Positions 1-6,508 of a stretch of DNA of 38,540 bases are shown here, piece by piece. Below the pieces are notes generated by a model, which was not told the origin of the DNA, did no database searches, and saw nothing but the letters and a program-made list of their open reading frames with translations. The position numbers were made by a program, and so were the translations under genes. Each line of letters begins with the position of its first letter. Position 1 is the stretch's first letter. Origin of the DNA: Candidatus Omnitrophota bacterium. Lineage in GTDB: Bacteria; Margulisbacteria; WOR-1; XYC2-FULL-46-14; WPAF01. The DNA lies in the NCBI GenBank assembly GCA_035506255.1, contig DATJPS010000017.1:1-38540 (forward strand), read 5' to 3'.

Positions 1-646
1 GGTATATCTCTTCAAGCGTCCCGAATTGTTTCAACAGTTCGATCGCGGTCTTTTCCCCGACTTTAGGAACGCCGGGAATATTATCGGAAGTATCGCCTTT
101 TAACGCTTTGAAGTCGATCAACTGCGAAGGTTTAAGCCCGTCGTACCGTTCCTCCACCTCTTTTTCCCCGTAAAGGACGGTGTCGGTGATCCCTTTCCGG
201 GTGGTCAGCACTTTGATATTGTCGTCCACCAGCTGCAGTGGGTCGAGATCGCCGCTGATGATGGTCACTTTATATCCTTCTTTTTCCGCTTCGCGGGCGA
301 GCGTACCGATCACGTCGTCGGCCTCGAACCCCGCTAACTCGAAGACCGGGATGCTGAGCGCTTCGGCGATCTCTTTGACGTATGGCATCTGTTCGTGGAG
401 AGTGGGGGGCGCTTTATCGCGGGTCGCTTTGTATTCTTTGTATTCTTTATGGCGAAAGGTCGGCTCCGGCCGGTCGAACGCGATCGCCACGAAATCCGGA
501 CCGTCCTCCAGCGTCTTGAGTAGCATGGTGGTGAAGCCATATATCGCATTCGATGTGATCCCGGTGGAGGTCCGCATGGTGTCAGGAAGGGCGTAGAACG
601 CCCGGTAGGCGAGAGAGTTGCCGTCGATAAGATAGGCTTTCGGCAT
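1..646 (-). CDS. polA: DNA polymerase I, N-terminal 5'-3' exonuclease (FEN-like) domain; the gene's 3' part runs off the window
   Basis: Absent from the ORF track because the window edge truncates it. My translation of the minus strand from ATG 646..644 gives MPKAYLIDGNSLAYRAFYALPDTMRTSTGITSNAIYGFTTMLLKTLEDGPDFVAIAFDRPEPTFRHKEYKEYKATRDKAPPTLHEQMPYVKEIAEALSIPVFELAGFEADDVIGTLAREAEKEGYKVTIISGDLDPLQLVDD...LKGDTSDNIPGVPKVGEKTAIELLKQFGTLEEIY. These are classic Pol I 5'-nuclease motifs. Confidence 0.85.
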   Translation of the reverse strand, partial: MPKAYLIDGNSLAYRAFYALPDTMRTSTGITSNAIYGFTTMLLKTLEDGPDFVAIAFDRPEPTFRHKEYKEYKATRDKAPPTLHEQMPYVKEIAEALSIPVFELAGFEADDVIGTLAREAEKEGYKVTIISGDLDPLQLVDDNIKVLTTRKGITDTVLYGEKEVEERYDGLKPSQLIDFKALKGDTSDNIPGVPKVGEKTAIELLKQFGTLEEIY

Positions 647-652
647 GGGATA

Positions 653-661
653 AATATAGCA
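653..661 (-). promoter_or_regulatory. Candidate extended -10 promoter (TGCTATATT on the minus strand), 6 nt upstream of the polA ATG
   Basis: The minus strand reads TGC TATATT TATCCC ATG. There is no Shine-Dalgarno sequence in the 6-nt spacer. Confidence 0.4.
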
Positions 662-745
662 TAAAAACGGCGGGATTGACGGTTCGAAATCCGTTGAAAT
701 GCAAGGAATTAATTTAAAATCACGAAAATCTAGATAAAAAACGGG

Positions 746-753
746 TGTATAAT
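746..753 (+). promoter_or_regulatory. Candidate -10 promoter (TGTATAAT) for fibre paralogue 1
   Basis: TGTATAAT lies about 25 nt upstream of the ATG at 779 and is followed by the GGAGG ribosome-binding site at 768-772. Confidence 0.45.
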
Positions 754-778
754 TTTTCGGAAGCAAGCGGAGGTGAAA

Positions 779-2554
779 ATGCGAAAATTATTTATTGTTG
801 CCATTGTTCTGACCGCATTTATCCCATCCCTGGCCAGTGCCGCCAATATCCAATTGATCCTCGATTCAATTGATGGAAGCTCGGCGATGACCGTACTGAA
901 CGGGAATACGCAGGAAGTGGCAAGGATCGATTCTTTGGGCAGGATCGGGATCGGTAAAACTCCGAGTTGGTCTCTGGACATCAACTCAACTTTAACGATA
1001 GGGGTAAATTCAAGCACCAACGCTATCGGCGGCGTCGGGGTCTATGGCACCGCGTCTTCGACCGGCGGTTCGTCCAATACCGGTGTATTCGGTTCGGCGG
1101 CATCGAATATGGGCGGTTCGGCCGGCGTTTACGGCCAAGCTACCGGATCGACGGCGCAGGTTTATGGCGTTTACGGATACGCGACCGGTGCCCAGGGCCG
1201 AGGGGTCTATGGCGCACAGCCGAATAGCGGTTATGGTGGTTATTTCATGAATTCGGGCAGTGGTTATGGCGGCTATTTTTCCAACACCAGCAGCGGAGTC
1301 GGTCTTTATGCGACTTCGACTTCGGGATACGCCGCGATATTCAATAACGGTAACGTTGGGATCGGTCTGGCCAATCCTGCCGTCACTTTCGAGGTGGGCG
1401 CGAATCATGCGCTGTCGGTGAACGCGGGCTCCGGCAATATTGGCGTTGGCACTACTGCACCGGAATTTAAACTGAGCTTAGCGTCCGACGGCGGGATCCT
1501 GGCCAAGGGGATCGTTGGAGATATCGGGAACGATACGCAAGGAACTTCACTTTCGACTTCGGGCTCCGGGGTCAGGATGATCTGGTATCCGAGGAAAGCG
1601 GCGTTCCGCGCCGGATACGTGGACGGCAGCCAATGGGACAACGCGAACGTCGGCAAGTACTCGGTCGCTCTGGGACATAATTCTCAAGCTACTTTGGAGA
1701 GCGGCATCGCTCTCGGTGTCGCGTCGAGGGCCGGTTATTGTGGCGTGGCGACCGGAGTGCTTTCGGTGGCGGGGAATATGTCGACCGCTCTTGGCTGGCA
1801 ATCTACGGCGAACGGGATGGCATCCACCGCCACGGGGATTTTGACGGCGGCGACCGGGGATTATTCCGCTGCTTTCGGTTGGTCCACCACGGCCAGCAAT
1901 CAATGCTCAGTCACCATGGGGAACAACATCACTAACAATTATGCCAACGCGCTGATGATCGGCGATAATACGCAGGATATCCTTTTAAATCCTGACGGGA
2001 ACAGCTGGCTTCAGTGCCGGCTGGGCTATTTGGGCGTCGGGACCACCGCTCCGACCGACATGCTCACCGTGGCCGGCAATGTGGTCCCGGCCTCGGATGC
2101 GATAAATACATGCGGAAAATCCGGTAAGCGATGGTACCAGATCTGGGCTTCGACCGGGACCATCCAGACCTCGGACGATCGGATCAAGGCGGGCCAAAAA
2201 GATCTGGGCAAGGGGTTGGCAGATATCGAAAAGTTAAAGCCGAAGGAATATTTCCTCCGGAACGCCGAAATGACAGGGAAGGGGATCTCGTTCAAACCGG
2301 GAGGAAAAAAGGATATCGGGCTGATCGCCCAGGAGCTGTACAAGGTGATTCCGGAGGCGGTGTACAAACCGTCCGACGAAGCGAAAGAGCTTTGGGGAAT
2401 AAATTATGAAAAGCTGATACCGGTCATGATAAAAGCGATCCAGGAAGAGCAAAAGACGGTCGCCGGGCTGCAGAAAAAAGTGGACGACCTGGCGGCGGAC
2501 AAACAAACCCTCGAATCCCGGATAAAGGCACTGGAGGCCGGCGGGCGGAAATAA
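779..2554 (+). CDS. Secreted mosaic fibre paralogue 1: signal peptide, shared N-module, Gly/Tyr-rich shaft, YadA/Hep_Hag-like head repeats, C-terminal peptidase-S74 intramolecular chaperone domain
   Basis: The track ORF is 773..2554, but I prefer the ATG at 779, which sits 6 nt after GGAGG. Signal peptide: MRKLFIVAIVLTAFIPSLASA. N-module: ANIQLILDSIDGSSAMTVLNGNTQEVARIDSLGRIGIG. Head-like region: RMIWYPRKAAFRAGYVDGSQWDNANVGKYSVALGHNSQATLESGIALG...STALGWQSTANGMASTATG. The C-terminus has SDDRIK...GLIAQELYKVIPEAV...YEKLIPVMIKAIQEEQ followed by a coiled coil. Confidence 0.85.
   Translation: MRKLFIVAIVLTAFIPSLASAANIQLILDSIDGSSAMTVLNGNTQEVARIDSLGRIGIGKTPSWSLDINSTLTIGVNSSTNAIGGVGVYGTASSTGGSSNTGVFGSAASNMGGSAGVYGQATGSTAQVYGVYGYATGAQGRGVYGAQPNSGYGGYFMNSGSGYGGYFSNTSSGVGLYATSTSGYAAIFNNGNVGIGLANPAVTFEVGANHALSVNAGSGNIGVGTTAPEFKLSLASDGGILAKGIVGDIGNDTQGTSLSTSGSGVRMIWYPRKAAFRAGYVDGSQWDNANVGKYSVALGHNSQATLESGIALGVASRAGYCGVATGVLSVAGNMSTALGWQSTANGMASTATGILTAATGDYSAAFGWSTTASNQCSVTMGNNITNNYANALMIGDNTQDILLNPDGNSWLQCRLGYLGVGTTAPTDMLTVAGNVVPASDAINTCGKSGKRWYQIWASTGTIQTSDDRIKAGQKDLGKGLADIEKLKPKEYFLRNAEMTGKGISFKPGGKKDIGLIAQELYKVIPEAVYKPSDEAKELWGINYEKLIPVMIKAIQEEQKTVAGLQKKVDDLAADKQTLESRIKALEAGGRK
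2171..2551 (+). other. Peptidase S74 (endosialidase-type intramolecular chaperone, autoproteolytic) domain of paralogue 1
   Basis: The motif S-D-D-R-I-K has Ser and Lys five residues apart, as in the Ser/Lys dyad of tail-spike C-terminal chaperone domains. It is followed by IGLIAQEL, INYEKLIPVMIKAIQE and a terminal coiled coil. Confidence 0.75.
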
Positions 2555-2576
2555 CCCGATATATTCAGATTAAAAA

Positions 2577-2585
2577 TGATATAAT
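2577..2585 (+). promoter_or_regulatory. Extended -10 promoter TGATATAAT for fibre paralogue 2
   Basis: An exact TGnTATAAT lies 31 nt upstream of the ATG at 2616. The same 10-mer, ATGATATAAT, precedes paralogues 3 and 4. Confidence 0.5.
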
Positions 2586-2609
2586 CCTCCGAAATCGACC
2601 GTTCGGAGG
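2586..2609 (+). promoter_or_regulatory. Perfect 8-bp hairpin pairing an anti-SD (CCUCCGAA) with the paralogue-2 Shine-Dalgarno (UUCGGAGG)
   Basis: cctccgaa (2586-2593), loop atcgaccg, ttcggagg (2602-2609). The start codon is at 2616. Confidence 0.35.
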
Positions 2610-2615
2610 GCATTA

Positions 2616-4655
2616 ATGAAAAGATATATCGCACTGGTCGCGTGTTTGTCGCTTTTTATTGTTTCTCACCCGATCCTTGCCGCCGATGTCAATGTCATTC
2701 TCGATAATTCCCCAGGTTCGCTGGTGATCAAGGATTCTTCGCGAAATACGGTCGCTTCTGTCGATTCCACCGGCATCGGGGATTTCTATTTACTTCACAA
2801 CCGGGCGACCGATTTCAGGCTGAGCGATAATACGCACGGCCGCGGCGATCCCGGGGCGGGGAGGGCGCTGGTGCATGCTCCGGGCAACCAGTTGACGCTC
2901 AATTATGCCGGCGACTTTACCGGAGGGACCAATATTTATGGCAGTCCGGTCTTTATCCCCAATAACGTCGGTATCGGCTCGACTAATCCGATAAGCAAGC
3001 TGGAACTTTCCGGGTCCGGAGGCGATACCGGGGTCGCGATCCGGTTCGATGAAACCTCGAACCGCCAGTGGGCCCTATATCCGAACGGAGGCATTTTCCG
3101 AATTAAGGACTTGAACGCGGGGAGTGATTATCTTACCGTTCAGGGCGGAACGGGGAACATAGGGATCGGGACGACCAATCCGCTATCGAAGATAAGCGTC
3201 AACGACAATGGCGCCGCCAATTATGGTATCTATAGTTTAGGTTCTTCTACCGGGGTCTGTGGTGTCAGTAATTCCGGTTACGGGGTATGGGGATGGTCCA
3301 GTTCCGGATTAGGGATCTACGGCTCCTCCTCTTCGGGTTTCGCCGGTTATTTTAACGGTAACAGCTATTTTAGCGGAAATGTTGGCATAGGGACGACTGC
3401 CCCGAGAGGTAAATTGGATATCTCGACCGGCGGAATGAACTCGTATATTGAATGCGGCGCCGGAAGCGTTTATTTGGGGGATTACAGTAATGTGGCGAAC
3501 AACGTATACCAGCAAATAAATGGCGACGATCCAAATTCGGGCTTTGTGTTCAAGAATGGGACGGTTCAGATCTTGAATGGAAATGTCGGCATTGGGACGA
3601 CCAATCCGGGAGCACTTCTAGAGGTGGTGGGGAACATTAAGCTCGGGTTCAATGCGCTTGGCCGGACCATACAAGGGGCCGATTCCTCCGGCTCCGGGAC
3701 CCCGCTGATCATCAGATCGGGCAGTAACACGGGAGGAAGTTATCCTGCCGGCAATCTTAGCCTGGAAGCCGGGACCAGCACTTCCGGCGGTACTTATAAC
3801 GGGAGCATACTTTTTTCGACGGCTGGAACGGAAAGGATGCGGGTCAATCGTAACGGCAATATCGGGATCGGTACCACCAATCCTTTATCTCCCCTGCATA
3901 TTTATACTTCGAATGGCGATGCCTACGCCGGACTGGTGATCCAGAAGAACGGGGCCAAGACGCTTTCAATAAACCAGGGATCGTCGAACAAGTTGAACTT
4001 TACCGAACCGGGAGTGGTCGACCTGATGACGGTCGATTTCAGCGGCCTGAGGGTAGGGATCGGCAACGCTTCCCCTTCGAGCGGCAAGTTGCAGGTCACG
4101 ACAAGTTCCGGCACGGCGATCTACGGTTCCGGTGGTGGGTTCGGGGCGGAATTGTACGGGTCGAGCACCGGGGTTTATGCTAACGGCGATACTGGTGTTA
4201 ATGCGTATGGCGCGACCTATGCCGGATATTTCCAGGGGAAATTATACGTGTCTACTCTCTCTTCCAACGGAACGGTCTATTCGAACGGGAGCATCCTGAC
4301 CAACACCAACCCGTCATCCATCAGGTATAAAAAGGATGTCAAAGACCTGCCGATCGAGACGGATAATATCCTGAAGCTGAGGCCGGTCTCATTCATCTGG
4401 AAGAACAATGGCCAGAAGGACGTCGGTCTGATCGCGGAGGAAGTGGCAAAACAGGTCAAGGACCTGACCGCCCTTAATTCGGCAGGATCGATCGAAGGGG
4501 TCAAGTATGACAAACTGCCGGTATATTTGCTGGGAGTGATCAAACAACAGCAGAAGCAGATAAATGATCAAAGCGGCGAGATTAAACAGATAAAAGCCGA
4601 AAATCAGGACCTGCAGTCACGCCTGAAGGCGCTGGAAGTCAGGCTCGCCAAATAG
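2616..4655 (+). CDS. Secreted mosaic fibre paralogue 2: signal peptide, repeated NVGIGTTNP..LE[LV] collar motifs, 64-aa shared module, Gly/Tyr-rich segments, C-terminal peptidase-S74 chaperone domain
   Basis: Signal peptide: MKRYIALVACLSLFIVSHPILA. N-module: ADVNVILDNSPGSLVIKDSSRNTVASVDSTG. There are at least six GN[VI]GIGTT[NA]P repeats. The C-terminus has SSIRYKKDVKDL...VGLIAEEV...VKYDKLPVYLLGVIKQQQ followed by a coiled coil. Confidence 0.85.
   Translation: MKRYIALVACLSLFIVSHPILAADVNVILDNSPGSLVIKDSSRNTVASVDSTGIGDFYLLHNRATDFRLSDNTHGRGDPGAGRALVHAPGNQLTLNYAGDFTGGTNIYGSPVFIPNNVGIGSTNPISKLELSGSGGDTGVAIRFDETSNRQWALYPNGGIFRIKDLNAGSDYLTVQGGTGNIGIGTTNPLSKISVNDNGAANYGIYSLGSSTGVCGVSNSGYGVWGWSSSGLGIYGSSSSGFAGYFNGNSYFSGNVGIGTTAPRGKLDISTGGMNSYIECGAGSVYLGDYSNVANNVYQQINGDDPNSGFVFKNGTVQILNGNVGIGTTNPGALLEVVGNIKLGFNALGRTIQGADSSGSGTPLIIRSGSNTGGSYPAGNLSLEAGTSTSGGTYNGSILFSTAGTERMRVNRNGNIGIGTTNPLSPLHIYTSNGDAYAGLVIQKNGAKTLSINQGSSNKLNFTEPGVVDLMTVDFSGLRVGIGNASPSSGKLQVTTSSGTAIYGSGGGFGAELYGSSTGVYANGDTGVNAYGATYAGYFQGKLYVSTLSSNGTVYSNGSILTNTNPSSIRYKKDVKDLPIETDNILKLRPVSFIWKNNGQKDVGLIAEEVAKQVKDLTALNSAGSIEGVKYDKLPVYLLGVIKQQQKQINDQSGEIKQIKAENQDLQSRLKALEVRLAK
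3000..3191 (+). repeat. Copy in paralogue 2 of the 192-bp / 64-aa shaft module (LELSGxGGDTGVAIRFDETxNRQWALYPNGGxFRIKDLNAGSDYLxxxGGTGxxGIGTTNP)
   Basis: The protein and nucleotide sequences align visibly with the tandem pair at 5140..5523 in paralogue 3. Confidence 0.8.
4314..4652 (+). other. Peptidase S74 intramolecular chaperone domain of paralogue 2
   Basis: S-S-I-R-Y-K has the Ser/Lys spacing of the autocleavage dyad. It is followed by LKLRPVSFIWK, VGLIAEEV, YDKLPVYLLGVIKQQQ and a coiled coil. Confidence 0.75.
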
Positions 4656-4678
4656 TTCGTTCGAATGTTTCTTTCTGA

Positions 4679-4687
4679 TGATATAAT
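4679..4687 (+). promoter_or_regulatory. Extended -10 promoter TGATATAAT for fibre paralogue 3
   Basis: An exact TGnTATAAT lies 36 nt upstream of the TTG start at 4723. The GGAGGG ribosome-binding site is at 4710-4715. Confidence 0.5.
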
Positions 4688-4722
4688 TCCATGAAAGAGG
4701 ATCGGCAACGGAGGGATCGATA

Positions 4723-6336
4723 TTGAACAGAAAATTTCTTGCGGCTATTGGCATGCTAACCGTGATGTTGTCCATTGTTTATGCGGCGGATGTGAACGTT
4801 GGCCTTGACAGTAAGAACGGGTCTTCCGCGCTGAACATCAAAAATTCGGATGCCAACATTATCGCGACGATCAAATCCTCCGGGTCGCTGGAAGCCGGGT
4901 GGACCGCCAAGGCGTACGGTAAATACATACTTTCCGGTGTCTCCGATCAGGGTGATGGCCTGGTCGCGGACGACACTTTTGAAAGGGTGTTCGGGTTGAC
5001 CCGGAACACCAACAATGAGATCCGCCTGCTCGGTTTTGGACCATTGACTTTTTGGAACGGTAGCGCCACCGGCACCGAAAAAATGAGGATCAAGACAAAT
5101 GGCAACGTAGGTATTGGAAATACGGATCCTGCCTGTCGCCTGGAGCTTTCGGGTGCCGGTGCGGACACGGGGGTCGCGATCAGGTTCGATGAAACGGCGA
5201 ACCGTCAATGGGCGTTGTACCCGAACGGTGGCACTTTCAGGATAAAGGATCTTAACGCCGGGAGTGATTATTTGTCGATCAAGGGAGGGACCGGCTATGT
5301 CGGCATCGGGACGACTAACCCGGTGAGCGTGCTTGAACTTTCCGGTGCCGGTGGTGATACCGGGGTTGCGGTAAGGTTCGATGAAACGGCCAACCGTCAA
5401 TGGGCGCTGTACCCGACCGGCGGCACTTTCAGGATAAAGGATCTTAACGCCGGGAGTGATTATGTGTCGGTCATGGGAGGGACCGGTTGGGTCGGTATCG
5501 GGACGACCAACCCGATCGATGTTATGCATATTTCAGACTCCAACGCGAACATAGTGTACGGAACAAGTGAAGTAATAAACAACGACGCCAAGATCGGGAG
5601 GGCCGGAGGCAACAACTATCATATCACCGGGACATTGGCCGGAGATCTTGCCATCCGTCCGGAATCGACGAAAAAGATAGTGTTTGGCACCGCTTCGACG
5701 TCCGGCAGTACCGCAACGGCCAGAATGGTCATAAGCAAGGATGGCAACATTGGGGTCGGCACTACCGCTCCCGCCTCGGTCCTTGATGTCAACGGCGACA
5801 TTAAGCTTGCCGCTACGTCAGCGCCGACAGGTGCGGCGGGGAAGATCTATTTCGATTCTACCACTAGCCGTCTTAATTACCACGATGGCTCCAAGTGGAT
5901 AGAAGTGGACCCTATGTATACCACTAAACCGACAAAATCCCTTAACACCAGCGGTTTTAGCGGAGACATTTCCAGTACAAACACTTATACTGCCAACATT
6001 GGCTCCGTGCTTGCGAACAATTCCATTATAACGACGATCATAGGGCGTTTCCATGTCTCCTGCTCGAACACGGTCAGGAACCTTTACTTTGAACTACTTG
6101 ACGGGAGTAATAATGTGCTGGTCAGCTTCATTTGCCCGAACAGTACCTATATGAGCGATTATTCCGGCCTCTCGTTTTGCGTGCCTTGGGGATTCACCTA
6201 TCAATTGCCCATTCCCGTTTATGTAGCCAGTGGTAACCAGATCAAGATCCGAATATCCCAATACGGAACAACGTACGGAGCTGCTACTGGTATTTGTACC
6301 GGAGCCACCGTGAATTATATCGAACTTCCGCTGTAA
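4723..6336 (+). CDS. Secreted mosaic fibre paralogue 3: signal peptide, N-module, two tandem 64-aa shaft modules, conserved neck, divergent C-terminal tip ending YIELPL
   Basis: TTG start 7 nt after GGAGGG. Signal peptide: MNRKFLAAIGMLTVMLSIVYA. N-module: ADVNVGLDSKNGSSALNIKNSD. Neck: VLDVNGDIKLAATSAPTGAAGKIYFDSTTSRLNYHDGSKWIEVDPMY. The tip ends ...YQLPIPVYVASGNQIKIRISQYG...VNYIELPL. Confidence 0.85.
   Translation: MNRKFLAAIGMLTVMLSIVYAADVNVGLDSKNGSSALNIKNSDANIIATIKSSGSLEAGWTAKAYGKYILSGVSDQGDGLVADDTFERVFGLTRNTNNEIRLLGFGPLTFWNGSATGTEKMRIKTNGNVGIGNTDPACRLELSGAGADTGVAIRFDETANRQWALYPNGGTFRIKDLNAGSDYLSIKGGTGYVGIGTTNPVSVLELSGAGGDTGVAVRFDETANRQWALYPTGGTFRIKDLNAGSDYVSVMGGTGWVGIGTTNPIDVMHISDSNANIVYGTSEVINNDAKIGRAGGNNYHITGTLAGDLAIRPESTKKIVFGTASTSGSTATARMVISKDGNIGVGTTAPASVLDVNGDIKLAATSAPTGAAGKIYFDSTTSRLNYHDGSKWIEVDPMYTTKPTKSLNTSGFSGDISSTNTYTANIGSVLANNSIITTIIGRFHVSCSNTVRNLYFELLDGSNNVLVSFICPNSTYMSDYSGLSFCVPWGFTYQLPIPVYVASGNQIKIRISQYGTTYGAATGICTGATVNYIELPL
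5140..5523 (+). repeat. Tandem duplication (2 x 192 bp, 2 x 64 aa) inside paralogue 3
   Basis: Unit 1 is 5140..5331 and unit 2 is 5332..5523. The peptides are nearly identical: LELSGAGADTGVAIRFDETANRQWALYPNGGTFRIKDLNAGSDYLSIKGGTGYVGIGTTNPVSV and LELSGAGGDTGVAVRFDETANRQWALYPTGGTFRIKDLNAGSDYVSVMGGTGWVGIGTTNPIDV. Confidence 0.9.
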
Positions 6337-6456
6337 AGGATCCCGGCGAACACTACCGTCGGCGTCAGGCTGACGCAGGTGGGCGCTTCCATCTATATGC
6401 TGGCCTATCTCTATATTGACCGTTTTTCGTTGCAATATATAGAATTGCCGCTCTAA
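6337..6456 (+). pseudogene. Orphan 3' cassette: 39 codons plus stop encoding the last strands of an LPL-type tip (…IPANTTVGVRLTQVGASIYMLAYLYIDRFSLQYIELPL*), in frame directly behind the paralogue-3 stop codon
   Basis: My translation of 6337..6453 gives RIPANTTVGVRLTQVGASIYMLAYLYIDRFSLQYIELPL, followed by TAA at 6454-6456. It matches the family pattern [LF]PIP..V..G..I...I......Y[IM][EA]LPL seen at the ends of paralogues 3, 4 and 5. It has no start codon or ribosome-binding site of its own. Confidence 0.65.
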
Positions 6457-6470
6457 ACGCCATTTTTCTA

Positions 6471-6479
6471 TGATATAAT
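6471..6479 (+). promoter_or_regulatory. Extended -10 promoter TGATATAAT for fibre paralogues 4-5
   Basis: An exact TGnTATAAT lies 30 nt upstream of the ATG at 6509. The GGGAGA ribosome-binding site lies just before the start. Confidence 0.5.
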
Positions 6480-6508
6480 TGCGCCAAGATTTTTCCTGGG
6501 AGAATGAA

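Noticed and set aside
679-694. A tRNA T-arm-like hairpin (acgg ttcgaaat ccgt) in the polA/fibre intergenic region could be a tRNA gene or a tRNA-fragment attachment-site scar marking an island boundary.
   Set aside because: The stem is only 4 bp and the loop is 8 nt, not 7. No acceptor, D or anticodon arms can be built from the flanks, and no matching direct repeat occurs at the other end of the array (about 8.68-8.74 kb).
4691-4726. A short upstream ORF (MKEDRQRRDRY) in the paralogue-3 leader could be a regulatory leader peptide.
   Set aside because: Its ATG lies only 3 nt after the -10 hexamer, so it is probably upstream of or at the transcription start. It has no ribosome-binding site and no equivalent in the other leaders.
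4756-5529. A 257-aa minus-strand ORF lies inside paralogue 3.
   Set aside because: It is antisense to the tandem 64-aa module region and its length is an artefact of the repeat. Its composition is Arg/Pro/Gly-rich and typical of GC-rich antisense frames.
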